Source: a virus
Lineage: Duplodnaviria > Caudoviricetes
IMG/VR virus record: IMGVR_UViG_3300005758_000151
Location: 1 to 28,854 of that record
Reading direction: 5' to 3' (one strand)
Length of the DNA stretch: 28,854 bases
Part shown: positions 1 through 8,243 of the stretch, piece by piece
How the letters are laid out: every line of letters starts with the position of its first letter
How positions within the stretch are numbered: position 1 is the stretch's first letter
Position numbers and translations under genes: made by a program
Notes under the pieces: model-generated
Told to the model about the DNA's origin: nothing
The model's database searches: none
The model's input: the letters and a program-made list of their open reading frames with translations, nothing else

Positions 1-148
1 CCCACTAGCCCCTCAAGCTAGTGGGTTGAGAAAACTAAACGGTCAGATCAGGCATTTTGAAGAGTAAATTCACTGGCCCGAATTACGATGGATCGTAGGA
101 ATTAACATCACGGACGATCTTTCAATCTCGCCGGAAAGGCCCCTGATC

Positions 149-1021
149 ATGAATCTTGTTGACTTCGCTCAACACTACTTTGACTCGCACGAATTCGGGA
201 TCAAAGAAAATTCTCAGCGTTGCTATTACCTCCCTGCGGCGCGTCAGTTTGTTCAAGCGACCAACTGCCAGCAAATCAAAGCCATCAACAAAAGCTATGC
301 AAATCAGTTTGTTGATTGGCTCAAGTCTCGCCCGATCTCAGTCACTACTCAGCACACCAGGCGGCGAGCTTTCGCGACCCTCTGGCGAGCTGCGTACGAT
401 GCAGGGGAATGCCCAGTATTCGAGGCATTTCGCAAGATTCGAATCACTAAAAAATCCCCTCGAGCCTGGTCTCGCGAGGATGTGCAAAACTTGTTTGACA
501 CGACCGTGCTCGATCAATCCGAATGGGCTTGGGGTATGAAAGCTGGCACCTATTGGGGATCGCTTTTCTCAGCTGCTTGGGACAGTGGTTTGCGGCTTGG
601 AGATCTGCTATCGATCGAGCTCGACTGGCTCATTCGCGATCGCAAATCAAACACTGCCGTAGTCGTGATGTCCGCCAGCAAAACTGGCAAAGAGCATGTT
701 GTGACCTTTAACGAGCCCACCATGGAGCTCATCGATCGCAGCATGAAAGAGCACCCGCATCGCAAGCTGATTTGGCCACTGCGCAATGCTCGTCGCGAAT
801 TCTATCGCGACGTCAAAAAGCGAATCGAGGCAGTCGGCCTCGAGGGATCATTCCGGTACCTGCGTCGATCGGCAGTCACCTTTGCCGAATCGATCTCGCC
901 AGGCATGGGCACTCGACTCGCTGGCCATCGTGATTCTCGCACCACGCGAGACAGCTACATCGATCCGCTGTTGTTACCCAGCAATCGAGTGATCCTGCCG
1001 GCTCTCAAGAGAGAAGAATAG
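149..1021 (+). CDS. int: Tyrosine recombinase / phage integrase
   Basis: 290 aa. Catalytic motifs GLRLGDLL (Arg I), SKTG (Lys), FRYLRRS (HxxR box with H replaced by R), LAGH, and a C-terminal Tyr in TRDSYID. The N-terminal region resembles a core-binding domain. Confidence 0.9.
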   Translation: MNLVDFAQHYFDSHEFGIKENSQRCYYLPAARQFVQATNCQQIKAINKSYANQFVDWLKSRPISVTTQHTRRRAFATLWRAAYDAGECPVFEAFRKIRITKKSPRAWSREDVQNLFDTTVLDQSEWAWGMKAGTYWGSLFSAAWDSGLRLGDLLSIELDWLIRDRKSNTAVVVMSASKTGKEHVVTFNEPTMELIDRSMKEHPHRKLIWPLRNARREFYRDVKKRIEAVGLEGSFRYLRRSAVTFAESISPGMGTRLAGHRDSRTTRDSYIDPLLLPSNRVILPALKREE

Positions 1022-1137
1022 GAAATCGCGGCGAGGCACTGTGCTGCAATCGCTGCCTAGTTGCCACTCGTAGACGGGAATAGCTCAGCATCACAGAGCC
1101 TCACCGCTCAGAATGCTGGCCCCGCGTCCCTCGCATC

Positions 1138-1163
1138 ATCGTGCAGCGTCCATGCTGCACGAT
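1138..1163. terminator. Stem-loop between convergent integrase and tail operon
   Basis: ATCGTGCAGC-gtccat-GCTGCACGAT, a perfect 10-bp stem abutting the stop codon of the minus-strand gene. No clear U-tract. Confidence 0.45.
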
Positions 1164-2287
1164 CAAGCTCGAGTAGCTCGTGGTCCCCTCACCCTGCCCT
1201 CTCCCTCGGGGAGAGGGTTTATCAGCTCGCGATGTTCGCGAACAAACTGCATTCGTTTCTCATGCTCAATTCCCGCTAGGTGCACGATGAATGCCTGGGC
1301 GATTCCGTTGGCAAAGTCGCTTTGCCACGCCTGCCAATTCCAGCGTCGATCAATCTTTTGAAACTTGTCGGCCATCAGGTAATCATGCCAGAGCTGCTCG
1401 CTGCAGTGAGTCAGCGGCAGCGGCTTAGGCGGCATCGCCCAGGATGCCGATCGCTGGCTAGCCAGAATCATACCCGAGTTAATCATTCGCTGCGTCCACT
1501 CGATCCGAGGCAGTCCCTGCGAATCCATCACCCCTTGCATCTCCCAGTGGAATGGCTCCATGCTTGGCACATAATCCGCATCGTCCACGCCGTAGACTTT
1601 CGCTGGATCCGAATGTGATGCGAAAATGTCAGGACAATTTGGCATGAAAAAAAGATCGTTATCAATCCATAGAATCCAGTCGTACTGGTAGACGAAAAAC
1701 GATGCTCGCAATTTGTCCAGCTGCCAAGAATCGTACAATCGATTGCCCAAGCAAACATAATCTGCACCGACTCGCTCAGCGTACGCTCGATGGTTTGGCC
1801 CAGTGAATGCGTGCAGCTCGATCGCCTGCGCCCCAGTTGCCAAGCTCAAGATCAATCGCGGCGCCCGTTGCGGCCCGATGTGTAGCCATTGGGATTTTGC
1901 CTCTTCGATCGTAATGTTTGGCCTGCCAAGTTTTTGATTGACTGCCGATCGGAGTCGATACTTCCAGTCGAAATCGATCGACTCGCCAGGCGGATTCTCG
2001 CGTTTCCATGCCTGATAAAACGGTTCGCATTCGCAATACCTCGGGATAGTCGATTCCCATTGCACAAGCTGCTCGAGCGTATCGACTGAGGTAAACAGCT
2101 TTCGCCAACTGCGTCGCCCATCAAGCACGATCGGCGGCTCATCGTGTGGCATAGATGCGAGTGGTGCAGTGTCTAGGTTAAGCTCTGGCGTCGGCATTAC
2201 GAACTGCGACGCATCAAAAGGCGATCGCATCCGCAGCGACTCCACATAAGCAAGTGCAGCCTCTTTAGACAAAAGCGAATGTGACAT
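1163..2287 (-). CDS. Fusion of a divergent Erv1/ALR-like domain and a GT-A glycosyltransferase (GT34/GT8-like)
   Basis: C-terminal part: LDKL, YDWILWIDND (DxD), INSGMIL, SEQ, RWNWQ, FIVHLAG. N-terminal part: GRRSW, IPRYCEC, NPP, W..RLRSAVNQKLGRP, EA..QW. The start is uncertain (TTG 2344, ATG 2287 or GTG 2245). Confidence 0.75.
   Translation of the reverse strand: MSHSLLSKEAALAYVESLRMRSPFDASQFVMPTPELNLDTAPLASMPHDEPPIVLDGRRSWRKLFTSVDTLEQLVQWESTIPRYCECEPFYQAWKRENPPGESIDFDWKYRLRSAVNQKLGRPNITIEEAKSQWLHIGPQRAPRLILSLATGAQAIELHAFTGPNHRAYAERVGADYVCLGNRLYDSWQLDKLRASFFVYQYDWILWIDNDLFFMPNCPDIFASHSDPAKVYGVDDADYVPSMEPFHWEMQGVMDSQGLPRIEWTQRMINSGMILASQRSASWAMPPKPLPLTHCSEQLWHDYLMADKFQKIDRRWNWQAWQSDFANGIAQAFIVHLAGIEHEKRMQFVREHRELINPLPEGEGRVRGPRATRA
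1185..1217. repeat. CCCCTCACCC..CCCTCTCCC-N3-GGGAGAGGG type palindromic repeat inside a gene 3' end
   Basis: CCCCTCACCCTGCCCTCTCCCTCGGGGAGAGGG with a 9-bp hairpin. It resembles a widespread bacterial interspersed repeat family. Confidence 0.7.
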
Positions 2288-3335
2288 TCCACGAATCCCA
2301 TATAGCTTGCGCAAACGAGTAAGCAGTCGTTTCGCTCTCGACAATTTCTAAGCCACCAGCGTACTGCTGCTGCAGCTGGCACCCTTCACAATCTCCTGCA
2401 AACTCCCAAGCTGTCTCGCGGCCAAAAGTGCGATTCGTAGGCGTTGGGCACGTCGTTGACGGGATAGTCGGTACCGAGTTGACTGGATACACATTGCAGT
2501 GCTGCAGTGCTGCGTGCGCCGTACGATTAAAGCCAAGCGTCTCGTCTGTCAGATCGTCGACGTCTCGACTCATCCAATAAGTGAATGCCGATTGACTAGC
2601 TAGGTTAAGTACAGAGGGCTCGATACTGGTGAGGAAATCGGGCATAGCACAATTCGCATTGGGGAGCAAATCGCATGGAACCGGCTCGCATGTGCTAGGC
2701 GTCGTAATGTTGATGGACTTGGTGCCTATGTACACCGCAGGGTCTCCTACAAACTGACCTGCGCAATCAGCTGCTGGTACTCCCGTACGGTATTGAAAAG
2801 TGTGTGATAGCAAGTGGACACCTGATACCCGGAGCGTCACTCGCCACCGACATGAGTCGTTCGGCAATCGACTTAGGTACACTTGCACGCTATCGAGCAC
2901 CGACCAGTAGTGCCAATGCAGATTGTACACCCAATGCTGGCACGTGGTTATAGAATAAAGCGGTATCCTAGGTTGAGGTACTGAGTTCACTAAACAGAAC
3001 TTCGCATAATCTGTTGTGTTCTCAGCGTAGCTGCGGTATCGGCATCTAATGCCATTCTGCGCAAAAGGATTGTCTGACCACATGCTGCCATTCACGCCGG
3101 CAAACGCATTGCTAACACTGATACCAGCACCGCAGCATTGCGAAGATGTTCCATTCAAAAAAACAGTCGTGTTATATTCAGGGTTGTCTTCGCTGGATAC
3201 CGTAGCTCGGATTCTATCCCATTTCGGTGCACGGCATTTGCCTGTCTTTGATCCGCAGCTGCGGCAGTTATGCCCTAGCCAAAGTTCTTGATCGTTGCAC
3301 CACTTGCACTGATACGCGAGGTTCAACGTGCTCAA
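2265..3335 (-). CDS. Cysteine-rich putative tail-tip / receptor-binding protein
   Basis: 356 aa with 19 Cys, rich in S/T/N and likely beta-rich. It is the last structural position in the tail operon and overlaps the upstream gene by ATGA. Confidence 0.6.
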   Translation of the reverse strand: MSTLNLAYQCKWCNDQELWLGHNCRSCGSKTGKCRAPKWDRIRATVSSEDNPEYNTTVFLNGTSSQCCGAGISVSNAFAGVNGSMWSDNPFAQNGIRCRYRSYAENTTDYAKFCLVNSVPQPRIPLYSITTCQHWVYNLHWHYWSVLDSVQVYLSRLPNDSCRWRVTLRVSGVHLLSHTFQYRTGVPAADCAGQFVGDPAVYIGTKSINITTPSTCEPVPCDLLPNANCAMPDFLTSIEPSVLNLASQSAFTYWMSRDVDDLTDETLGFNRTAHAALQHCNVYPVNSVPTIPSTTCPTPTNRTFGRETAWEFAGDCEGCQLQQQYAGGLEIVESETTAYSFAQAIWDSWNVTFAFV

Positions 3336-4123
3336 GGTATAGTCTCCTCAGGTTGGAGAGGATCAGCAGATTCAACTGTATCATCAACGCACCATGGATT
3401 GACAACCACCCATCGATTATTGAGCAGCATCACTTCGCCACGATCCTCGCTGGCCTGCCATTGAGCAATAGCAAAGCTATCAAACAAAACAAAATCCTCA
3501 GTAAAGCTTTGTATGTTGGTCAGCGTCGCAAGCGATGGTGTTTTCATTTGCTCTTTCAAGCGATAAAACATTCGATTCGACGAGCTATTCAGATCGATCA
3601 GTGCCAGGCCTGTGCCGGTATCGCAGATCTTGCGAGCCACACCCCATACGCCATTGACGGTAACTCGCGATCGAAAATTCGTATCGGCCTGCGTCATTGG
3701 CGAGATCCAGCCAGCCCCAGCGACATGGCAATTACATTCCACCACGCCAGCGACAGCGACTTGGCCCGAGGCGTTTTGAGCGATCGCATCCAGCGTGATA
3801 CCGATCGAAAAGAGACTTCCCTGCAATGCATTTGACTCGGCCAGCGTACGAGGCAGATAGCACGGCCTGAGCGAGTACCATCCCTTGCGACTGTTGCCGA
3901 GCTGAGTAGGCGTCTGATCTGCTGTAAATGTGCCAAGCACGACCGGCGACCCAGGCACTAAATCATATCCACAATCGTTGCGGCCGGTCGCCGATACATA
4001 GGTGATCTCTGTCGGTTTGTTTGGCGTCTGTGTCCCCAGCCTCTGCGAGGGCTCAATAAGGTTATTCCACTCACTCGCAGAGATCTTGGTTTTCTCACCA
4101 GCAAAGCGTCGCCGTGGCAGCAT
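3332..4123 (-). CDS. Putative tail-tip / baseplate protein
   Basis: Likely start MLPRRRFAGEK (ATG 4123), just after the upstream stop at 4126. Contains a GITLDAIAQNASGQVAVAGV segment reminiscent of DUF2190-like beta domains. Assigned by synteny. Confidence 0.55.
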   Translation of the reverse strand: MLPRRRFAGEKTKISASEWNNLIEPSQRLGTQTPNKPTEITYVSATGRNDCGYDLVPGSPVVLGTFTADQTPTQLGNSRKGWYSLRPCYLPRTLAESNALQGSLFSIGITLDAIAQNASGQVAVAGVVECNCHVAGAGWISPMTQADTNFRSRVTVNGVWGVARKICDTGTGLALIDLNSSSNRMFYRLKEQMKTPSLATLTNIQSFTEDFVLFDSFAIAQWQASEDRGEVMLLNNRWVVVNPWCVDDTVESADPLQPEETIP

Positions 4124-4125
4124 GA

Positions 4126-5013
4126 TTACACCGTCAGAGCCAGAGGAGAAAAGTCTGCGGGCTCGATGCCGTAGAGATCTTGCACGTAAACCGCGAGCGG
4201 TCGACGCACGGCTTTGCTCGAGACAATCGCCGACTCCCAATCGATCCACATGTACTGATGCCCGAGCTTGTTAATGCCGGTAATTGATCCAATAGTGATG
4301 CCACTCAAATTCGGCGAGTACAAAAACTCAAAGCTCAGCTCGCGATCTTGAGGATCCAATGGAGGACCTCCCGCAAATGGGTTGTTGATCGCAAAAGATA
4401 AAGCAGCATCGCCCCCAATGAATTGAATTGAGCCTGCAGGAAAGACGCTCATGAAAGTATTGTTGTTGTACTTGCCCACCAGGTTAGCCACTGCCAGCGA
4501 ATAGGCAGGAGTCAAATCAGCACCAGCCATGCGCTGCGTGACGGTGATCGACAGCCCAGGGATGATCGTATCGACGCCCTCGACTTGGCCATCGGAGTTT
4601 ACATTTATCGCACCGCCATAGTCTTTTGCACCGCTTGGAAACTTAACCGTGTTCTTGGCAACAAATTGCTTGATCGTCTGCGGCTTGACCGAGAACGATA
4701 CCCGATAATCGCCGACCGCCTGCAGCTTTTCGCGTTCTCGCGTGCGTAGTTTCGGCTCGCCATACTGAGCGACCGCCTGCCAAGCGTTCGGCCCATCGGG
4801 AACCATATCGATGGTGCGGCAAAGCAATCCATCGATCTCGCCATCGAGCCCGCTCCATAGAGCACCATCGCCTGTGATCAGCGCCGAATAAGCCTCGGGG
4901 CTCGTCGGACAATCCACGATCGACCAAATCAGCTCGCCGCTATCCTCCCCCTCGCCGGAATAGATCAGCTGCGATTTGCCGGAATCCCATAGCGGTATGA
5001 CTCGTGCCGGCAT
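4126..5013 (-). CDS. Putative distal tail / tail-tip protein
   Basis: 295 aa, immediately downstream of the tape measure gene with a TAATG overlap. Confidence 0.55.
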   Translation of the reverse strand: MPARVIPLWDSGKSQLIYSGEGEDSGELIWSIVDCPTSPEAYSALITGDGALWSGLDGEIDGLLCRTIDMVPDGPNAWQAVAQYGEPKLRTREREKLQAVGDYRVSFSVKPQTIKQFVAKNTVKFPSGAKDYGGAINVNSDGQVEGVDTIIPGLSITVTQRMAGADLTPAYSLAVANLVGKYNNNTFMSVFPAGSIQFIGGDAALSFAINNPFAGGPPLDPQDRELSFEFLYSPNLSGITIGSITGINKLGHQYMWIDWESAIVSSKAVRRPLAVYVQDLYGIEPADFSPLALTV

Positions 5014-6974
5014 TAAGCGAATCCCCCTTCCATTTCTTTGAGCCTGGCCAAAATGCTGCCCAGCGTCGTGTTAGCAGTCGTGAGACTCGTCGTGAGTGCT
5101 GGATCCAGCTGAGCTACGATCGACGGTGCTTTCGATCCGACCTGTGAAAATGGATCTCGTGTTGATTGCTCAAGCATCACTTGCGTGCTCTTAGTCGCGA
5201 CCAGAGCACCGGCCATCTCGGCCAGGTACTGCGTCTGAGCTTTGCTCTCAGCCAGCATTTCGGCGTCTAGATCGTACGCACCCGATTGACCCATAAGTGC
5301 TGCAGCAAATCCCGAGAACGTGCCACGCATCGAATCTGAGGCCTTGCCGAGTTGATTATCGGCCTGAGCAGCTACAGGTTGTGCTTTCGCCTCTGGCAGT
5401 TCGACGTCCTTTAAGGTTTCGTCAAGTGTCATACCTGCTGCATCTGCAGCAATAGTCGCAGCCTTTGCTGTTGATGCCGTGAGTGCAGCCTCTAACTCGG
5501 CAATGGCTTTTTCACGATCGGATATATTGGCTCTTGAGGCGGCGTCTCGATCGGCTGCACGGTCGAAAACGCCCTCCCCAAGAGCCGTGTTTTTGTCTAT
5601 GGTGTTTTGCTGTCGCTTCATCTTTTCAGCTTCCACGTCAACGTCAGCGCTCATCAGCCCCCAGAGCTCAATCATGCGATCGACAAAAAACCCGACTACA
5701 TTGTTAAACACTTCCCTAATTGAAGCGAAAGCCATATCAAAACCACCAATGATATAGTTGAGCCAACTGTCCCATGTTGCTCGTAACTCCATAGTTCCTT
5801 TCAAAAAAGCTAACTGTACGCCCTGCCATAGTATCTCTGCTGCTATTTGGAAATTGCCACCTTTCATTGCATCCTGAATGCCTTGGAATACTGGCCCTAC
5901 GATGTCCTGCAGCATTTGAAATTTGCTGCTCAGCCAATCCATGGCCTTGCCACCTACGCCTGATGTGTAGGTAAAGTAACCAGCCAAGCCAATTAGCCCC
6001 ACCACTACGGCAGCGATCGCGACTCCTACGCCACCGGTGAGAATCGTACCGAGTACTCCCATCACGGTACCGGCTGCAGCAGATACGCTCGTGACGACTC
6101 CGATCGCTACCGACAGACCATAGGCTAATGCGGCAGCAGTGACAAAGCCTGCACCAAGTAGGCCCAGTGCAGCAGCACCGAGCACGATAGCAATGACAAG
6201 GCCTTTGTTCGCAGCGATAAAGTTACGCACCTGCACCACGCCTGCAGTCATCAGACCAAGCACGGCCGTAAACATCGGCGCGACCGTTGCCCCGATCGTA
6301 TTGACCAGGCCCGAGAATGAGGTGCCTAGCATGTCGATCGAGTCACCGAGTGCCGCAGCTGCAGCAGCATCCTCGCCGCTCATTTCGGCCCCAAGCTTTT
6401 TGGCTTCCGCTCGCAGTGCATCAATACCCTTTGAGCCAGTGCTCAGCAGCGGTAGCAGATTCGCACCGCTCTTGCCGAATACCTCCATCGCAGCCGAAAC
6501 GCGAGCGGCTGGATCTTGGATCGCTGCGATCTTGTCTGCGATCGCAGCAAACTGTTCATCGGGGCTCATGCTTGCCAGCGTTGCCGGATCCAGCCCGAGT
6601 TCCTCGAGCACTTTGGATCCACCAGCGATACCCTGCTGCATTTTGCGGATGCCCTTCTCAATATCCTCGATTGAGGATCCACTCATCTTGGCAGCATAGC
6701 CAAGGCTAGAGATAGCCTCGGTACTGGCACCGGTGCGTTGTGCAATATCATCGATCGCACCGCCAGCGTCGGCAAAGGACTTGATAGCTAAGCCTACTCC
6801 ACCGGCACCTAGAACAGCCCCAACTCCCAGCTTGGCCGAATTGCCAATAGATGCAGCACTCGCAGCAAAGCTCGATAGTTGTTTTTTCGCTGCAGCGATA
6901 CCTGCTGATAGCTTATTGCGAATCAGCTCGACGGTGATCGCTGCGCGTCCGGCTTGAATGTCTTTACCTGCCAC
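5013..6974 (-). CDS. Tail tape measure protein
   Basis: 653 aa, Ala/Gly-rich and helical. Has tape-measure-like segments (SPDEQFAAIADKI, AMEVFGKSGANLLPLL) and central hydrophobic stretches. Confidence 0.9.
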   Translation of the reverse strand: MAGKDIQAGRAAITVELIRNKLSAGIAAAKKQLSSFAASAASIGNSAKLGVGAVLGAGGVGLAIKSFADAGGAIDDIAQRTGASTEAISSLGYAAKMSGSSIEDIEKGIRKMQQGIAGGSKVLEELGLDPATLASMSPDEQFAAIADKIAAIQDPAARVSAAMEVFGKSGANLLPLLSTGSKGIDALRAEAKKLGAEMSGEDAAAAAALGDSIDMLGTSFSGLVNTIGATVAPMFTAVLGLMTAGVVQVRNFIAANKGLVIAIVLGAAALGLLGAGFVTAAALAYGLSVAIGVVTSVSAAAGTVMGVLGTILTGGVGVAIAAVVVGLIGLAGYFTYTSGVGGKAMDWLSSKFQMLQDIVGPVFQGIQDAMKGGNFQIAAEILWQGVQLAFLKGTMELRATWDSWLNYIIGGFDMAFASIREVFNNVVGFFVDRMIELWGLMSADVDVEAEKMKRQQNTIDKNTALGEGVFDRAADRDAASRANISDREKAIAELEAALTASTAKAATIAADAAGMTLDETLKDVELPEAKAQPVAAQADNQLGKASDSMRGTFSGFAAALMGQSGAYDLDAEMLAESKAQTQYLAEMAGALVATKSTQVMLEQSTRDPFSQVGSKAPSIVAQLDPALTTSLTTANTTLGSILARLKEMEGGFA

Positions 6975-7546
6975 TATGCACCTACCTTGCCCGAGGCATC
7001 AGCCCAAGTATCGCGGATAAAATTCATGTTCTTGTCTAGTGCCGGTCCCATGAACGGCCGAGCAGGATAATTCAGACTCCGCTTTCTTACTCGATTCCCA
7101 TTTGCTAGAGCCCGCTGCTTTCCCTTGCGGCCAACTTGCAACCATCGCGTTGCTCCATACGCACCGCCAAAGATTCGAAATTCTGCCTCGTAAATCGAAA
7201 CGGTTTTTCCGAATTCGTGCGTCTCTGGTACGGTCGCCTCAGGGAATGCGTCCCAGTTGAATTTGAGTGGACCGACAATAACACGATGCTTGATGCGATC
7301 GTAGGTGTACCAAATCTTGGAAAGCTTTTCCCCCATCGACCCAGTTCGTTTGGGCGGCTTGCCTGGCTTTGATGGGCTTGTTACTCCCTTTTTGTTGGGC
7401 TTGTTCGGTCGCATCGATCGCTGCGCTGTCAGCTTGATGCGTGAACCGATCCGATTCATGGAGTTGCGTTCTTTTTCGTCGACAAATCGAATGACTTGCA
7501 TTCGGTCGAAAAAATTGAACTTACTAGCCTTCTCGAGATGGATCAT
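6974..7546 (-). CDS. Basic tail-completion / virion morphogenesis protein (HK97 gp10-like)
   Basis: K/R-rich, with PSKPGKPP, HEFG and the C-terminal YPARPFMGPAL motif typical of this family. Confidence 0.7.
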   Translation of the reverse strand: MIHLEKASKFNFFDRMQVIRFVDEKERNSMNRIGSRIKLTAQRSMRPNKPNKKGVTSPSKPGKPPKRTGSMGEKLSKIWYTYDRIKHRVIVGPLKFNWDAFPEATVPETHEFGKTVSIYEAEFRIFGGAYGATRWLQVGRKGKQRALANGNRVRKRSLNYPARPFMGPALDKNMNFIRDTWADASGKVGA

Positions 7547-7986
7547 CGGGCGTAGGCTTTCCTTTGGGCTCGCAAGGTCTCTTTAGTCATCTTCGTTCCC
7601 ACTCGCTGATACTCCATCATCGGGTGGAAGTGCGATCGCATGAATCGCTTGTGTCGGCTGCTGTTGATGTTCGCCAGCAGTGCCATCAGGTCAGCGGTTT
7701 GATTCCACTCGTGCGTGAGTCGGCTCTTGGCCATGCGGCTTAGCTCTCGGAGTGTGTAGCCCCAGGGCTCGACTCCGAGGACTCCGGCCAGGTCGAGGCA
7801 GAGCTCGAGGACATACTCAGGGCTTTGTCCACCTCCCGATCTATCACTGCGTCGATCTCGTTCCCCGCCAGCAGCGTCTCGAGCTCCCGAGTCGCTCGTT
7901 TCATCTTGCGCTGCGTCGCTGTCAGAGTCCGGCTCAGCAGCTCCCTGCGGGCGGGGTGGGAAAAATTTATGTATGCCGCCATCCAC
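7543..7986 (-). CDS. Tail assembly chaperone T-like ORF, probably expressed by -1 frameshift from the upstream ORF
   Basis: Lies in the -1 frame and overlaps 7740..8243. The protein-like part begins about EYVLELCLDLAGVLGVEPWGYTLREL. Sits between the tail tube and tape measure genes. Confidence 0.6.
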   Translation of the reverse strand: MDGGIHKFFPPRPQGAAEPDSDSDAAQDETSDSGARDAAGGERDRRSDRSGGGQSPEYVLELCLDLAGVLGVEPWGYTLRELSRMAKSRLTHEWNQTADLMALLANINSSRHKRFMRSHFHPMMEYQRVGTKMTKETLRAQRKAYAR

Positions 7987-8243
7987 TCCTCGGTGGCCGA
8001 CTGCAGCGACTCGTTATCGAGCGACTCGAGCCACTCCTCCTCGCTGATGTTCATCTGCTTGGCTTGTGGTTTGATCGTCAGCCAGAGGCATTGCAGCAGC
8101 AGCGATTCATCTTGACCGATTCGCACCAGAAGCGAGTTCTCGCCGGTGAGTGCTCGGCAGTCGAGATGCGTTGCCGTGACAATGTCACGCACAGCCAGAG
8201 CGGTGAATCGAAAGATCCACTCGCGGCCTTTAATGTCTTTCAT
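7740..8243 (-). CDS. Tail assembly chaperone (G-like)
   Basis: 167 aa, helical, downstream of the tail tube gene. Ends in a Ser-rich tail that looks off-frame. Confidence 0.65.
   Translation of the reverse strand: MKDIKGREWIFRFTALAVRDIVTATHLDCRALTGENSLLVRIGQDESLLLQCLWLTIKPQAKQMNISEEEWLESLDNESLQSATEEWMAAYINFSHPARRELLSRTLTATQRKMKRATRELETLLAGNEIDAVIDREVDKALSMSSSSASTWPESSESSPGATHSES

Noticed and set aside
1075-1150. Complete tRNA gene
   Set aside because: Only the 5' acceptor strand and D-arm resemble a tRNA. There is no anticodon stem, TTC loop or matching 3' acceptor strand.
149-3335. Integrase acting as a tail-fibre shufflon invertase
   Set aside because: I saw no inverted recombination sites or alternative 3' cassettes around the tail-end genes.
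2265-4123. Diversity-generating retroelement targeting the tail-tip genes
   Set aside because: No reverse transcriptase was found, and I saw no template/variable repeat pair differing at adenines.
4124-4249. N-terminal extension of ORF 3332..4249
   Set aside because: It overlaps the upstream tail gene. The ATG at 4123 directly follows that gene's stop.
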